From Candidatus Heimdallarchaeota archaeon B3_Heim (GTDB lineage: Archaea; Asgardarchaeota; Heimdallarchaeia; Hodarchaeales; Hodarchaeaceae), in assembly GCA_003144275.1 (NCBI GenBank), contig NJBF01000027.1, positions 30,001 to 62,000 on the forward strand: DNA of 32,000 nucleotides, read 5' to 3'. The position numbers and the translations under genes were made by a program. Positions 1 to 10,292 of the stretch are shown piece after piece. The notes beneath the pieces were generated by a model. The model was not told where the DNA came from and did no database searches. It saw nothing but the letters and a program-made list of their open reading frames with translations. Positions within the stretch are counted from its first letter, which is position 1, and each line of letters begins with the position of its first letter.

Positions 1-253
1 TCACTGTGACAAGATATTTCGCTGGATTAGGTGTGGGAAAAGTGATTGGATCTGCTTTATATATTAAATAAGGTGTAGTGGATGTATTATAGTATTCTCG
101 AATTTGTTTGAATATTTCCTGTAAATCTAAGGTAGCTATATCAATACCAGGAGCAGGTTCTTGAACGATTCCACGATTATTTTGATATCCTCTCAGTTTA
201 ACAAGATTTGATAAGAGATCCCAAGGTATCTTCCCTTCTGGTAACTCGTTCAT
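1..253 (-). CDS. AIR synthase-related (PurM/HypE-like) family protein, N-terminal part; runs off the window edge
   Basis: Not in the ORF track; hand translation from ATG at 253: MNELPEGKIPWDLLSNL...PAPGIDIATL...LIYKADPITFPTPNPAKYLVTV, matching the GKIP / G-x-D-x-A / DPIT pattern of archaeal AIR-synthase-related proteins. Confidence 0.7.
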   Translation of the reverse strand, partial: MNELPEGKIPWDLLSNLVKLRGYQNNRGIVQEPAPGIDIATLDLQEIFKQIREYYNTSTTPYLIYKADPITFPTPNPAKYLVTV

Positions 254-326
254 ACAAAATCTATTCCTAACATGTGCAAAGTATTTATCACGAGATTGTT
301 TTCAAGGTGTACGAAGGGACTAATAA

Positions 327-848
327 ATGAAACGGGAGAAACCTATATTTGCGGAAACATTTTTCTCTCTCGGGAAGAACCGAATAACTCAATCTATGTA
401 CTTTTATTATTATGATACATCAAAAATTTACTACAATTTAATGAAAACAGGTGCTATTCGGGGTGAGCTTGATTCCATTCAATCTAATCTGCAGCGTTAT
501 ATTGATGAGGACACTCTCCATATCAATGAAAATCTGACTAGAATGGTAATCGATTCTACTGATGTGCTTTTTCGTGATAATGATCCATTTTTCCCAATTC
601 TTAGCTTTCAAGTACTCTCTACACACTATACCCTGAGTACTGAATCTTTCAATGAAGTTCATTTGTATGCTAAACCCGAAAAGATCCCCTACTCTGCAAT
701 TTCTTGTTGGTTTACCTGTGGTTATATCCTAAAAGTAGAATCTAATTCTTTTTTCAGTACTAATGACATCCAACAAAATGTTACTTTTTATCTTACTAAA
801 AATGAGATTGTTGGTGATCATGAAAGGATTTTTATTCAATATTCGTGA
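327..848 (+). CDS. Conserved archaeal hypothetical protein
   Basis: 173 aa ORF; segments YYYD...YY, LQRYIDEDTLHINE and C-terminal GDHERIFI resemble an uncharacterised archaeal family (from recall). Confidence 0.55.
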   Translation: MKREKPIFAETFFSLGKNRITQSMYFYYYDTSKIYYNLMKTGAIRGELDSIQSNLQRYIDEDTLHINENLTRMVIDSTDVLFRDNDPFFPILSFQVLSTHYTLSTESFNEVHLYAKPEKIPYSAISCWFTCGYILKVESNSFFSTNDIQQNVTFYLTKNEIVGDHERIFIQYS

Positions 849-1046
849 GCCATTGTTTGCTACTTATGAAAAAGATGTTTATACAAACGACGATACTCAA
901 GTACTTACAGTCGGAGTAGAAGTTTATAATCCATCAATTAGGTAAATGGCTAAAAATGGACATCTTATTATTTTATCTCCATAAAGCAAGAAGATATTAT
1001 ATATTGCCATTCAGATCGTTCAGATGAATGCTGGAAATGCTACTTA

Positions 1047-1679
1047 ATGGCCGAACTTGGACAATCAATCTTTGATATTCTTGTTTTCGTACTTCCTTTA
1101 TATTTCGGGAATGCTGCGCCAACGATTCTTGGAGGTGGCCCTCCTATCGATGGGGGACGTTTTTGGAAAGATGGTAAACGAATTTTAGGCGATGGTAAGA
1201 CAATTAGAGGCTTTTGGCTGGCAGTACTTGTTGGAATACTCATAGGATTTTTCTTAGCACTTATCATTGCTTCCTTTGATGGAGTGCTCTTAGGCAATCC
1301 TCCTATTGATATAAGACTAGAGTACCAAGAATTTTACCAATCGAGTATTGTATATTCACTGATATCCTTCTTGAATTTACCTGATGTATTAGCTGATCCA
1401 CTAGTGCTAGGAGGAGTAGCAGGAGGTCTTTCAACTCTTGGTGGAATGACTGGTGATATGGTTGGTTCTTTCATCAAACGTAGAAGTGGAATTTCTCGTG
1501 GAAAAACCTTTATTTTTCTTGACCAGCTCGGATTTCTTGTCCTAGGTATGATGTTTGTATATCCTATTATACCATGGCCTCCACTATGGTTAGCATTCTT
1601 AGTTCCAATAACCTTTCTCACTCACATCGCTGCAAATTTATTTGGATACTTTACTGGTATTCAAGACGACCCTCTTTAG
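1047..1679 (+). CDS. carS: CDP-archaeol synthase (CDP-2,3-bis-O-geranylgeranyl-sn-glycerol synthase)
   Basis: GNAAP..LGGGPPIDGGRFWKDGKRILGDGKTIRG, GDMVGSFIKRR and LDQLGF motifs with several hydrophobic helices. Confidence 0.92.
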   Translation: MAELGQSIFDILVFVLPLYFGNAAPTILGGGPPIDGGRFWKDGKRILGDGKTIRGFWLAVLVGILIGFFLALIIASFDGVLLGNPPIDIRLEYQEFYQSSIVYSLISFLNLPDVLADPLVLGGVAGGLSTLGGMTGDMVGSFIKRRSGISRGKTFIFLDQLGFLVLGMMFVYPIIPWPPLWLAFLVPITFLTHIAANLFGYFTGIQDDPL

Positions 1680-1863
1680 AATTTGCATCTGACTGGTCAT
1701 TTTTAACAATTAGGTTTTAATGAAATCTCTGTAACAATATTAGTGAGTAAAAACAGATTCGTAAGATTTTTCAAGTCATCTGTGAGGGGAGATGTGGGAT
1801 AACAAAATATTAGTGATGCGTAGATTAAACACTTTACTTTGAGAAACAAGGAACAATTCGAAA

Positions 1864-2142
1864 ATGTCAGAGGATAATACGGTATTCATTGGAAACAAAC
1901 CTGTTACAGCATATGTCATGGCTTGTGTAACACAATTCAATCGGAATGCAGATTCAATTGTATTAAAAGCTCGTGGTCGAGCTATAAGCCGAGCAGTAGA
2001 CGTTGCCGAGGTTTTGAGGCATAGATTCATGAAAGATCTCGTTGAACTTACAGACATAAAAATAGCCACAGAACAAATAGAAACACGTGAAGGTAATCTA
2101 ACAAATGTTAGCGCAATCGAAATTACCATCACAAAGACTTAA
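1864..2142 (+). CDS. albA: DNA/RNA-binding protein Alba
   Basis: [14 protein letters not shown] and [16 protein letters not shown] signature, C-terminal VSAIEITI. Confidence 0.96.
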   Translation: MSEDNTVFIGNKPVTAYVMACVTQFNRNADSIVLKARGRAISRAVDVAEVLRHRFMKDLVELTDIKIATEQIETREGNLTNVSAIEITITKT

Positions 2143-2339
2143 AGACCGTCGTAAAACCTTGACTTGAACACTACATTTTCTTGCAGGTTAAATCCACTCT
2201 ATATAAATTCAAGCGGAAATTCTAACAATTTTCTCTTTTTTACAATTAATAATGGTCTTTCATTTTGTGATGAACTCAGTCATACTAGTTTGACATACAA
2301 TCCCGAGTTTAAACTCTAGGCTTGAATCATTCATTATGA

Positions 2340-3050
2340 ATGTATATAGGAATATTTATTATCGTAGTAATCCGTTTTTTTGTGAAAACAAACGGAATAT
2401 CCAAAAAAACAAGTAAAAGAAAATTGGTGCATTTCGTGAAAATTGTAGATCAAGTTTGTGACAAAATACGACCAAATCTGACAATCGAATATCAGTCTGG
2501 TCGGTTAAATGTAAAAGATTTCCGTGATTTAATCAAAAGAATTAAGTTTTCTCCACGGGAAAAACGTTACGTAAGTGCAAATTTCAGATTAATTATCACA
2601 AAGCTCGGACTATTTCATTATTTACCTGAAATCAGCGGAAATGAAGATTTGGCTTTATTTCAACTAATAGAAGTTGTAACAGAAACTTGGATCGAATCAG
2701 GAATAGTGAAAAATAGAAGTGAGGCCGCTAATCGCCTCATAGAGCAGATTAAAGAAAGAATTCAGGACAAAACGATCACAATCTTATCTGTTTCAGAAGC
2801 TGGAGATTTAAGAATTTTAATTCAATCTTTACGCGAGAATATAGCACGTTTTTGGGAGAAATCACCCGAGAGAATCCCTGAGTTTATTGAACAATTTCGT
2901 GATGTACTTTCAGAGACGAGTCAATCTTCTAGACTACTTTATGATATCGCATCATATAATCGGAAAATTCAAACTGGAAAAGTGAAGTATTCGGAAGACA
3001 TTCTTGAAATCGTGGACGAATGGGAACAGAGATTATATCTAGATAAATAA
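2340..3050 (+). CDS. Hypothetical, predominantly alpha-helical protein (true start may be downstream)
   Basis: 236 aa ORF filling the gap between albA and iorB; no recognisable motif. Confidence 0.55.
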   Translation: MYIGIFIIVVIRFFVKTNGISKKTSKRKLVHFVKIVDQVCDKIRPNLTIEYQSGRLNVKDFRDLIKRIKFSPREKRYVSANFRLIITKLGLFHYLPEISGNEDLALFQLIEVVTETWIESGIVKNRSEAANRLIEQIKERIQDKTITILSVSEAGDLRILIQSLRENIARFWEKSPERIPEFIEQFRDVLSETSQSSRLLYDIASYNRKIQTGKVKYSEDILEIVDEWEQRLYLDK

Positions 3051-3080
3051 TGAGGGGAAATTGGGGATTTTCTATTTTAT

Positions 3081-3677
3081 CTATGATAAGAATTCCTCAA
3101 AACTTGTTCGTCCAAGTTGATATGCTTCTAAATTCAGGTCATAAAATTGCTCTTTGAATTGAAGTTTAAGAGCATTTTTTAGAGCTTTATTTGTTAAAGG
3201 TAGATCAGGAACAGCAGATAATGATCCTAACATTATTATATTCTGTATTATAGGTTTTCCAAACTCGGTTGCCAGTTGCGTTGCATTAAGAGAGAAGATT
3301 CGAGTAGAATAGTTCTTTAGTTCAGTGAGTATTGCTTTTACCTCTGGATACCTATTTTTAGATAAGATAAAACTTGGGCTGGGAATGGGATATTTATTTA
3401 CTAAACTATACCCATTTGGTTTAATGAACTGAGCGTATCGTAATGCCTCAGCTGGCTCAAAACCTATCAGTATATCAGCTGTCCGTTCCATAATTAAGGG
3501 TGAATGAACATCACCTAATCTAACATTTGAAAACACACTTCCGCCTCGTTGGGACATACCATGAGTTTCAGATCCACGTACAGTAAAGCCCATTTCCACT
3601 GCTGCATTGCAGAGAATGTCAGTAACAGAAAGAATTCCCTGACCCCCCACACCTGCTAAAAATATTTGGTATTCCAT
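3081..3677 (-). CDS. iorB: Indolepyruvate:ferredoxin oxidoreductase beta subunit
   Basis: LAGVGGQG, SETHGMSQRGGSV, ADILIGFEPAEALR, NIIMLG motifs; directly downstream of iorA; ATG at 3677 (alternative GTG at 3686). Confidence 0.93.
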   Translation of the reverse strand: MEYQIFLAGVGGQGILSVTDILCNAAVEMGFTVRGSETHGMSQRGGSVFSNVRLGDVHSPLIMERTADILIGFEPAEALRYAQFIKPNGYSLVNKYPIPSPSFILSKNRYPEVKAILTELKNYSTRIFSLNATQLATEFGKPIIQNIIMLGSLSAVPDLPLTNKALKNALKLQFKEQFYDLNLEAYQLGRTSFEEFLS

Positions 3678-3678
3678 C

Positions 3679-5586
3679 TTATTCACCTAGAACCTCTTTT
3701 ACACTTTTAGGAACAATAACACCATAAGGACATACTTCAGAACATAAACCACACCTTGCACAGAGGAACTGATCAATAATTGGAATAACTTTCCCTTTAT
3801 CATTTTTCTGATCTGACCACATTATAGCAGGACAAGCAATCCGGTTTATACACGTATGACACCCCACACATCGAGAAGATTCCACTAAATATGTAATATC
3901 AGGGAGACCCTCCCGTCTTACAAATTGAATTCTACATTCACCTTTCGAGACAATTACAGAGACGCCATCAAATTTCACAGCTTCTTTCATAACTTCTAGT
4001 GAACTCTTCGGATCAAAAGCGTCTACTTCTGTAACAAGGTTCACCCCTACACCCTTGGCCGCTTCTGCTATTGACAATTTTTCCCCAGGATTAGGTTGGA
4101 ATCCAGTCATTGCTGTTGCAGCATTATCAACAACAAGGAGGAGTAATTTACTATTATTGTAAACAGCATTTACCAAACCAGGAAGCCCCGTATGCCAAAA
4201 TGTAGAGTCGCCTATTATGGCTACTATTGGTTCCTTTTGATTTGGTATCTGGGAAATTCCAGACCCTATACCTAACGAAGAACCCATACATATAACTAAA
4301 TGGCCTGCATTTAATGGTGGGGATGCTCCGAGCGTGTAACAACCTATATCGGTACTTACAATGCGATGACGTTTGGGAACTGACTTATTAAGGGCATAAA
4401 AGGTTGCACGATGAGGACAGCCAGGACAAAGTACTGGGGGACGAGAAAATAGCAAATCACCTTCAATAGAAGGAATGGATGGAATAGATACTTCTTGATT
4501 CAGTACTCTTGACAAACCTTTCAAGAGCTTTCTTGTAGTAAGTTCTCCGTGGGGTGGTGTGATTCCCTCAGCACGTCCAATAATTTTTCCAAGAAAATTT
4601 TCCTCAAATGACAATTTTTTGACAAAGGTTTCTAAAACAGAATCAGCTTCCTCAATAATTAGAATGGTACTAGAAGAATAAACCTTGAGAAAGTCACCTA
4701 CAATCTTTTTGGGGAATGGGTGAGAAACCCCAATTTTTAGCACAGGAAAATCTAGTTCCAGATGGTTTATAACCTCTCGGGTATACGCGTAAGCCGATCC
4801 ACTAGTTATTATAGCATGTTCCTGTTTTTTTCCTTGTTCAATTCGATTCCAATTACTTCCTACCATATATTTTGAAATACGTTCCACACGTTCCAAAATT
4901 CGTAACTTATTTTGTCTAGCGTTACCTGGAACACATACGAACCGAGATGGATCGATTTTAAGTTTCATATCTTCTGGAATATTTGGATTTGTAATGGGAT
5001 TAAGTGGAATATCTGCTCTAGAATGTGCAATTCTAGTGACAGTTCTCAGAATAACGGGAGTTTCAAACTTCTCACTTACTTCAAAGGCCGATTTAAGCAT
5101 TTCTTTGGCTTCTCTAGCATCACTGGGTTCGAACATAGGAATATTAGCGAGTTTAGTGTACCACCGATTATCCTGCTCGTTTTGGCTACTATGCATCTCT
5201 GGATCTTCTGCAACAATCATCACCAACCCACCTAACACTCCAGCATTGACTAAAGTTAAAAAAACATCAGCTGCAACATTTAAGCCAACGTGTTTACAGA
5301 TGAAAACTGTTCTTAACCCACTAAATGAGAACCCATATGCACTTTCAAGTGCAACAGCTTCATTTGTACTCCATTCAAGATATAGATCATAACCTTTTTG
5401 TTTTAGGACATCTTTCGCCCTGAAAAGAGTTGTAGGAATTTCAGAGGAAGGGGTTCCTGGATATGTAAACACTCCTGCAACACCTAGCTCGACAATTCCA
5501 CGCGCAATAGCCTCATTCCCTAGTAGAACAAGATTTTTCTTCCCTACTTCCTTAACATCTTGGAATATATCTTTTAGCTTTGCCAA
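3679..5586 (-). CDS. iorA: Indolepyruvate:ferredoxin oxidoreductase alpha subunit
   Basis: LLGNEAIARG, YPGTPSSE, KHVGLNVAAD, RPPVLCPGCPHR, DIGCYTLG, TPP motif IGDSTFWHTG...DN, two C-terminal ferredoxin motifs (CVGCHTC...CP; CARCGLCSEVCP). Confidence 0.95.
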   Translation of the reverse strand: MAKLKDIFQDVKEVGKKNLVLLGNEAIARGIVELGVAGVFTYPGTPSSEIPTTLFRAKDVLKQKGYDLYLEWSTNEAVALESAYGFSFSGLRTVFICKHVGLNVAADVFLTLVNAGVLGGLVMIVAEDPEMHSSQNEQDNRWYTKLANIPMFEPSDAREAKEMLKSAFEVSEKFETPVILRTVTRIAHSRADIPLNPITNPNIPEDMKLKIDPSRFVCVPGNARQNKLRILERVERISKYMVGSNWNRIEQGKKQEHAIITSGSAYAYTREVINHLELDFPVLKIGVSHPFPKKIVGDFLKVYSSSTILIIEEADSVLETFVKKLSFEENFLGKIIGRAEGITPPHGELTTRKLLKGLSRVLNQEVSIPSIPSIEGDLLFSRPPVLCPGCPHRATFYALNKSVPKRHRIVSTDIGCYTLGASPPLNAGHLVICMGSSLGIGSGISQIPNQKEPIVAIIGDSTFWHTGLPGLVNAVYNNSKLLLLVVDNAATAMTGFQPNPGEKLSIAEAAKGVGVNLVTEVDAFDPKSSLEVMKEAVKFDGVSVIVSKGECRIQFVRREGLPDITYLVESSRCVGCHTCINRIACPAIMWSDQKNDKGKVIPIIDQFLCARCGLCSEVCPYGVIVPKSVKEVLGE

Positions 5587-5780
5587 AATTGTGTCAACTC
5601 GAAAAAATTAAAAGAGGTAAATTTCCAATTAGCATTATTAAACGACGATATGATTTGTAAAGTTATAGTTTTTGCTTTATATTTTATTGCCTTATAGGAC
5701 TCAATCACCAAAAATTAACTAGAATTAAGTTGATTGAAAAATTATCTATCCTTTCCCCCTGTTTATTCGAGTACACTTGT

Positions 5781-6278
5781 TCAAGGACTCTTGTAGGTTA
5801 TTGCTGTAGAAATTCGAGAATTTTCTTTCAGTCTTAGGCCTTTTTCTCCAACCTGTACAATTGTGGTAATTTTCTGCCCCTCTGCTGAAGGTGTCCAATA
5901 GAAGGCTGGATGAGTGCTACCAGTCTGAAATAATCGTGTATGAGGAAAAATAAGAGCATAATAGTTCACATTGTTCAATATTTCGTTATAGGTGAGTAGA
6001 TATTGGCCTGGCGGAAGACTCCACCATGCATATTTGGGATCATCCTCAATAATTGGAGTAACTTTTTCGAGTATTGCTGATCTAAATTCACTACCTCCAA
6101 AATCAAGATGACCCTGACTATAGAAAGAATCAATTGATTTTATTGTCAAATCTAACGCACTTTTTCTAATTTGCTTGGATGGAAATACTAGATTTTTCCA
6201 GATAATGAGAATTTCATCATTTTGTACTATAACCAATTTCATCACCGAATCAAGAACAACTGGAATTAGGAGCTCCAA
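5781..6278 (-). CDS. dCTP deaminase/dUTPase superfamily protein
   Basis: LDLTI..I, G.LDFGGSE, WWSLPPGQYLLTYNE, G..L.ENSRIS pattern of archaeal trimeric dUTPase-like proteins. Confidence 0.7.
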   Translation of the reverse strand: MELLIPVVLDSVMKLVIVQNDEILIIWKNLVFPSKQIRKSALDLTIKSIDSFYSQGHLDFGGSEFRSAILEKVTPIIEDDPKYAWWSLPPGQYLLTYNEILNNVNYYALIFPHTRLFQTGSTHPAFYWTPSAEGQKITTIVQVGEKGLRLKENSRISTAITYKSP

Positions 6279-6412
6279 TTAACAGATACATTTCAGTTAC
6301 ACATCCGCAGAATCTTTATTATTGTTTTCAAAAATTTTTGGATCTGAAATGAGTCAACAGAGATTTGACAATTTTATTTCAAAACATTATGAACATCTGA
6401 AGATGATTACAA

Positions 6413-7876
6413 ATGACCCATTATCTTGATCCTTTCTTCAATCCGCAATCAATCGCACTTGTAGGAGCTAGTAACAACATTTCCTCTTGGGGTTTCATCG
6501 TTGCCCATAATATTATACAGAATAACTATACTGGTTCTTTCTATCCTATAAATCCAAAAAGTGACAAGATTTTGGGACATGTTGCTTATGCAACTATTTT
6601 GGATATACCACAAGAAATTAAAATCGATCTAGTAATTATAATTATACCTGCTGTTAAGGTTTTATCAATTCTTAAACAAATGACAATACGTAATATTCAT
6701 CATGTCGTTATTATCTCTGGTGGGTTTAAAGAATCAGGAAAAGAAGGAGAATTACTAGAACAAGAGGTAAGTACATATGCAATGAAAAACGGTATCCGAA
6801 TAATAGGCCCCAATGGGATGGGAATAGTCTCAACACGAGTGAATCTTACAGCTGTAATGTGGCCCGTCAAGGAATTAAAACAAGGAGGGCTTGCCTTTAT
6901 TTCCCAATCTGGAAACATAGGAACAATAGGAATATCTGTAGCTTCTCGTCGAGGGATAGGTTTGAATACATACGTCTCAGCAGGAAATATGGCTGATTTA
7001 ACCATTGCAGATTATCTTGAATATTTCGGGAAGCACGATAAAGAAACACAAGTCATAGGACTCTATGTTGAGGGGATACAAGATGCAAGAAGGTTTGTCT
7101 CGCTTGTGAAGGAAATATCAAAAATTAAACCAGTAATTATACTGAAGGCTGGGGGGACAAAGGCTGGCCGACGAGCCGCACATTCTCATACTGGTGCCAT
7201 TACAGGAGATGATACCGTTTTCAAAGATATACTGCAGAATGCAGGAAGTATAATAGTAAATTCCCTAGAAGAGATGTTTGACTTATTTTTAGCTTTTTCA
7301 AACTGGATCGACTGGTCTTTTCCGAGAGGAAAAGTAGTGATACTAACTTTAGGGGGAGGTTGGGGCGTGATGGCCGCAGATGAATGTTCTCGTCATGGAA
7401 TAACGCTTGAAACGTTATCAGAAAAAGCATATGAGCGAATCAACGCCTTGTTACCTCCTTATTGGTCTAAGGGAAATCCTATCGATACTGTTGCATCTTT
7501 GAATCTAGATTCTCTAAGACAAATAATGCTGATTGTCTTTGAAGAAATGCCTCAAGTCGAAGCAATTCTCTTACTTGGAATTGGTGGGTTTTCATTTCTT
7601 GCTAATTTAGCCAAATCTTCCCCTCTAATACCTGAAGAAGACAAATCTAGTTTAGATTTTATTATACAGGCAGAAGTAGAGTTATTTAAAGAAATTTTAG
7701 CATTATCTGATAGATTTCGTAAACCAATATTGATTACAACATTACTAGTTCCTGCAGATTCTCCCGGAGTAAAATATTTGCAGTCTCAGAATTTTCCTCT
7801 TTTTTCAAGTCCAGCAAACATGGTCCAAGTTTTCAGATATATGGTTAACCACTACCGCTGGAAAAATCGAATTTAG
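6413..7876 (+). CDS. ADP-forming acyl-CoA synthetase, alpha subunit (CoA-binding plus ligase domains)
   Basis: FFNPQSIALVGAS, IISGGFKE, RIIGPNGMG, SQSG, GNMAD, phospho-His motif AAHSHTGA, GGGWGVMAADEC, GNPIDT. Confidence 0.88.
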   Translation: MTHYLDPFFNPQSIALVGASNNISSWGFIVAHNIIQNNYTGSFYPINPKSDKILGHVAYATILDIPQEIKIDLVIIIIPAVKVLSILKQMTIRNIHHVVIISGGFKESGKEGELLEQEVSTYAMKNGIRIIGPNGMGIVSTRVNLTAVMWPVKELKQGGLAFISQSGNIGTIGISVASRRGIGLNTYVSAGNMADLTIADYLEYFGKHDKETQVIGLYVEGIQDARRFVSLVKEISKIKPVIILKAGGTKAGRRAAHSHTGAITGDDTVFKDILQNAGSIIVNSLEEMFDLFLAFSNWIDWSFPRGKVVILTLGGGWGVMAADECSRHGITLETLSEKAYERINALLPPYWSKGNPIDTVASLNLDSLRQIMLIVFEEMPQVEAILLLGIGGFSFLANLAKSSPLIPEEDKSSLDFIIQAEVELFKEILALSDRFRKPILITTLLVPADSPGVKYLQSQNFPLFSSPANMVQVFRYMVNHYRWKNRI

Positions 7877-7878
7877 AA

Positions 7879-9306
7879 CTATTCTTTTTCCTGATAGAAT
7901 GTTGGCACCATCGCTTGTGACAAAATTAAAGACATTCCTGCCTCTGTAAAGCCTAAACATAACAATAAGAGCCCCAATACTAGTTCATCATCTATAGCTG
8001 ACTTTCCAATTATTTGAGGTAATGATGAACCTATAATCAATCCCCAACGGACATTTTCATCTTGTTCCTTCTGTAAACGATCGATAATCTCCAAGTTTTC
8101 TTTATTTTCTGGATTCATTTGATGAAGACATGAATACGCAAGGCTAGCTATTCGTTTCACCTGTTGGTCACTGGAATAAATAAATGGTTCAAAGTAAGAT
8201 GCATATGAATATTTGTCTTCGAGTAAACAAAAGGAAAATGAGCGCAATAAAATTAGGAAGCGGCCAAAATAACCTGAATCCCGTTGAGCAATGCCCTCTT
8301 TAATAAAAGGTTCAAGATCAATTGATTCTTTTGTTGTCTCAAGAAAAAAACTTACATTAATTCCTGATGCCTTGATATCCATTGTATTACTACGAATTAA
8401 TCCAAGTAATATTTTCATAATCTGTTGATTTGTAGATAATATTTGATAAATCTGGTCATAATCGGGGTCCAATTCTTTTATTTGTTCCAAAGACTGTAAG
8501 AATTTTTTCTTCATTGGTTTATTATTATATAAAGAAAAAAAGGTGAATATTATTGCAAGATCTGTTCCAAATTTAGATTGAAACTCAAATTCTCCATGAA
8601 TTAACTTGTTCAGCTTCTCCATTCGAATAATTGGATCTGAAATGAGCGGAAGAAGAAATGCAAAACAAATAATGGTTATCCTTCGACTTTCTTTATTCGT
8701 TAAATGTGGAATTATTGACTCTAAAATAAAGTCGGTAGCATTCTCCGTATTCCCTGAATTTATCGCACTTAAAGCAAAACCTATAAAATATAGAGTAGGA
8801 TTTTCAAGTTTAAAATTTAAATAAGAATCCAATAAAAACTTAAAATCCTTGCTAGAAGACTTAGATGCTTCTCCGAGGAGTCCCATACTCACAGCAAGAC
8901 CTTGTTTTACCTGTTCTGGTTGATTTTTAAATTTCTTTTTAATTTCTTTGTTAACTTTCCTCTTAATCTTAGTATTTTGTGTAAAATAAGCATTAATCCC
9001 TTGGCCTAGCGCAGATGTAATCCTGATTGATGAAAGTGGATCTTTGAAATGCTTTTTTAATACCTTCTGTTGTCGTTTTGGTTTTTTTCCTTTTTCTAAG
9101 ATAGATGAAAAGGCTAATCCGATAATACCTGACCGTCTAATACTCAAATTTTGGCTTTTAATCGCATTTTCAAGGTATCTGAAACGAATTTTTTTTTTAA
9201 TATTTGGTTCAAATCCTAATGCAATTGCTAAAGCTTCTTGTTCAGTCATTGAAACCGTTTTCAGGCGTTCAAGCAAAAATTCTGCAATAGGATCATAATG
9301 CTTCAA
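7879..9306 (-). CDS. Alpha-solenoid repeat protein (HEAT/PC-like repeats; possibly Rpn1/Rpn2-related)
   Basis: Recurring ~35-40 aa units with small-residue helices: IRRSGIIGLAF, IRITSALGQGI, VKQGLAVSMGL, VKRIASLAY, VRWGLIIGSSL. Confidence 0.6.
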   Translation of the reverse strand: MKHYDPIAEFLLERLKTVSMTEQEALAIALGFEPNIKKKIRFRYLENAIKSQNLSIRRSGIIGLAFSSILEKGKKPKRQQKVLKKHFKDPLSSIRITSALGQGINAYFTQNTKIKRKVNKEIKKKFKNQPEQVKQGLAVSMGLLGEASKSSSKDFKFLLDSYLNFKLENPTLYFIGFALSAINSGNTENATDFILESIIPHLTNKESRRITIICFAFLLPLISDPIIRMEKLNKLIHGEFEFQSKFGTDLAIIFTFFSLYNNKPMKKKFLQSLEQIKELDPDYDQIYQILSTNQQIMKILLGLIRSNTMDIKASGINVSFFLETTKESIDLEPFIKEGIAQRDSGYFGRFLILLRSFSFCLLEDKYSYASYFEPFIYSSDQQVKRIASLAYSCLHQMNPENKENLEIIDRLQKEQDENVRWGLIIGSSLPQIIGKSAIDDELVLGLLLLCLGFTEAGMSLILSQAMVPTFYQEKE

Positions 9307-9515
9307 TCTAAATCCTCATTTTATGGTAAACGGCTTAAGAAATCTCAATTATGCCTTATATAATTTGTTGATTTGGAACTACTCATGAAAGTCAATCGAG
9401 GGGATAATTCCGATTAATTCTTATCCATTTCATTCAGAATATCTCATTTCCCAATACATATTTGAATTCTTTAACAAGAGGCTCCTTTATAATTTTAGTA
9501 AGGTGATAATTGAAT

Positions 9516-10292
9516 ATGACTTATTCTAACATTATTGTTACTACAGAGAATCGGATAACTACAATAAAAATAAATCGCGAAAAAGCTTTGAATGCTTTAA
9601 ACGAAAAAACAATTGTAGAATTGCATGATTGCATAGATCAGTTATCTCAATCGGAAGATACTAAAGTCGTGGTAATTACAGGTGTAGGAAAGAAATCCTT
9701 CATCGCAGGCGCAGACATTACAATGTTTGAAGGCAAATCTCCGACATCTATTAGGAAACTCATCTTAAAACTCCAAGAAACTCTGAATAAACTAGAAGAT
9801 CTACCCTTCCCTGTAATCGCTTCGATCAATGGTTATTGTTTAGGTGGTGGAATTGAACTAGCAATGGCATGTGACTTACGAATAGCTAGTAGTACTGCCA
9901 TAATAGGTCAACCAGAAATAAAACTCGGTTTGATTCCTGGAGCAGGAGGTACGCAACGGTTATCACGAATAGTAGGGACTGGTAGAGCCAAAGAAATTAT
10001 TTTTTTGGGTGATAACGTTGATGCAGAATCTGCAAAATCGTTTGGACTAGTAAATTGGGTTGTTCCTCCCGAAAATCTTGAAGAGAAGACTCTAAAAATC
10101 GCCTCCCGTCTTGCAAAGGGGCCTTCATTTGCTTTGAATATGGCAAAAGAAGTAATAAATAGAGGACCAGAAAGTTCCCTTCTTGATGCAATTAGAATGG
10201 AAGCAGAATTATTTGCTCTTTGTTTTGCACATGAGGACGTCAAAGAGGGAGTTAATGCTTTTCTCAACAAGCGAAAACCAAATTTCAAATAG
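9516..10292 (+). CDS. Enoyl-CoA hydratase/isomerase (crotonase family)
   Basis: INREKALNAL, FIAGADI, GGGIELAMACDLR, GQPEIKLGLIPGAGGTQRL (both catalytic Glu present); AGGTGA at 9501-9506 favours ATG 9516. Confidence 0.93.
   Translation: MTYSNIIVTTENRITTIKINREKALNALNEKTIVELHDCIDQLSQSEDTKVVVITGVGKKSFIAGADITMFEGKSPTSIRKLILKLQETLNKLEDLPFPVIASINGYCLGGGIELAMACDLRIASSTAIIGQPEIKLGLIPGAGGTQRLSRIVGTGRAKEIIFLGDNVDAESAKSFGLVNWVVPPENLEEKTLKIASRLAKGPSFALNMAKEVINRGPESSLLDAIRMEAELFALCFAHEDVKEGVNAFLNKRKPNFK

Noticed and set aside
763-945. 60-aa ORF overlapping the end of 327..848, possible frameshifted continuation
   Set aside because: The 173-aa protein ends at what looks like the family's natural C-terminus (GDHERIFI); no slippery site or motif supports an extension
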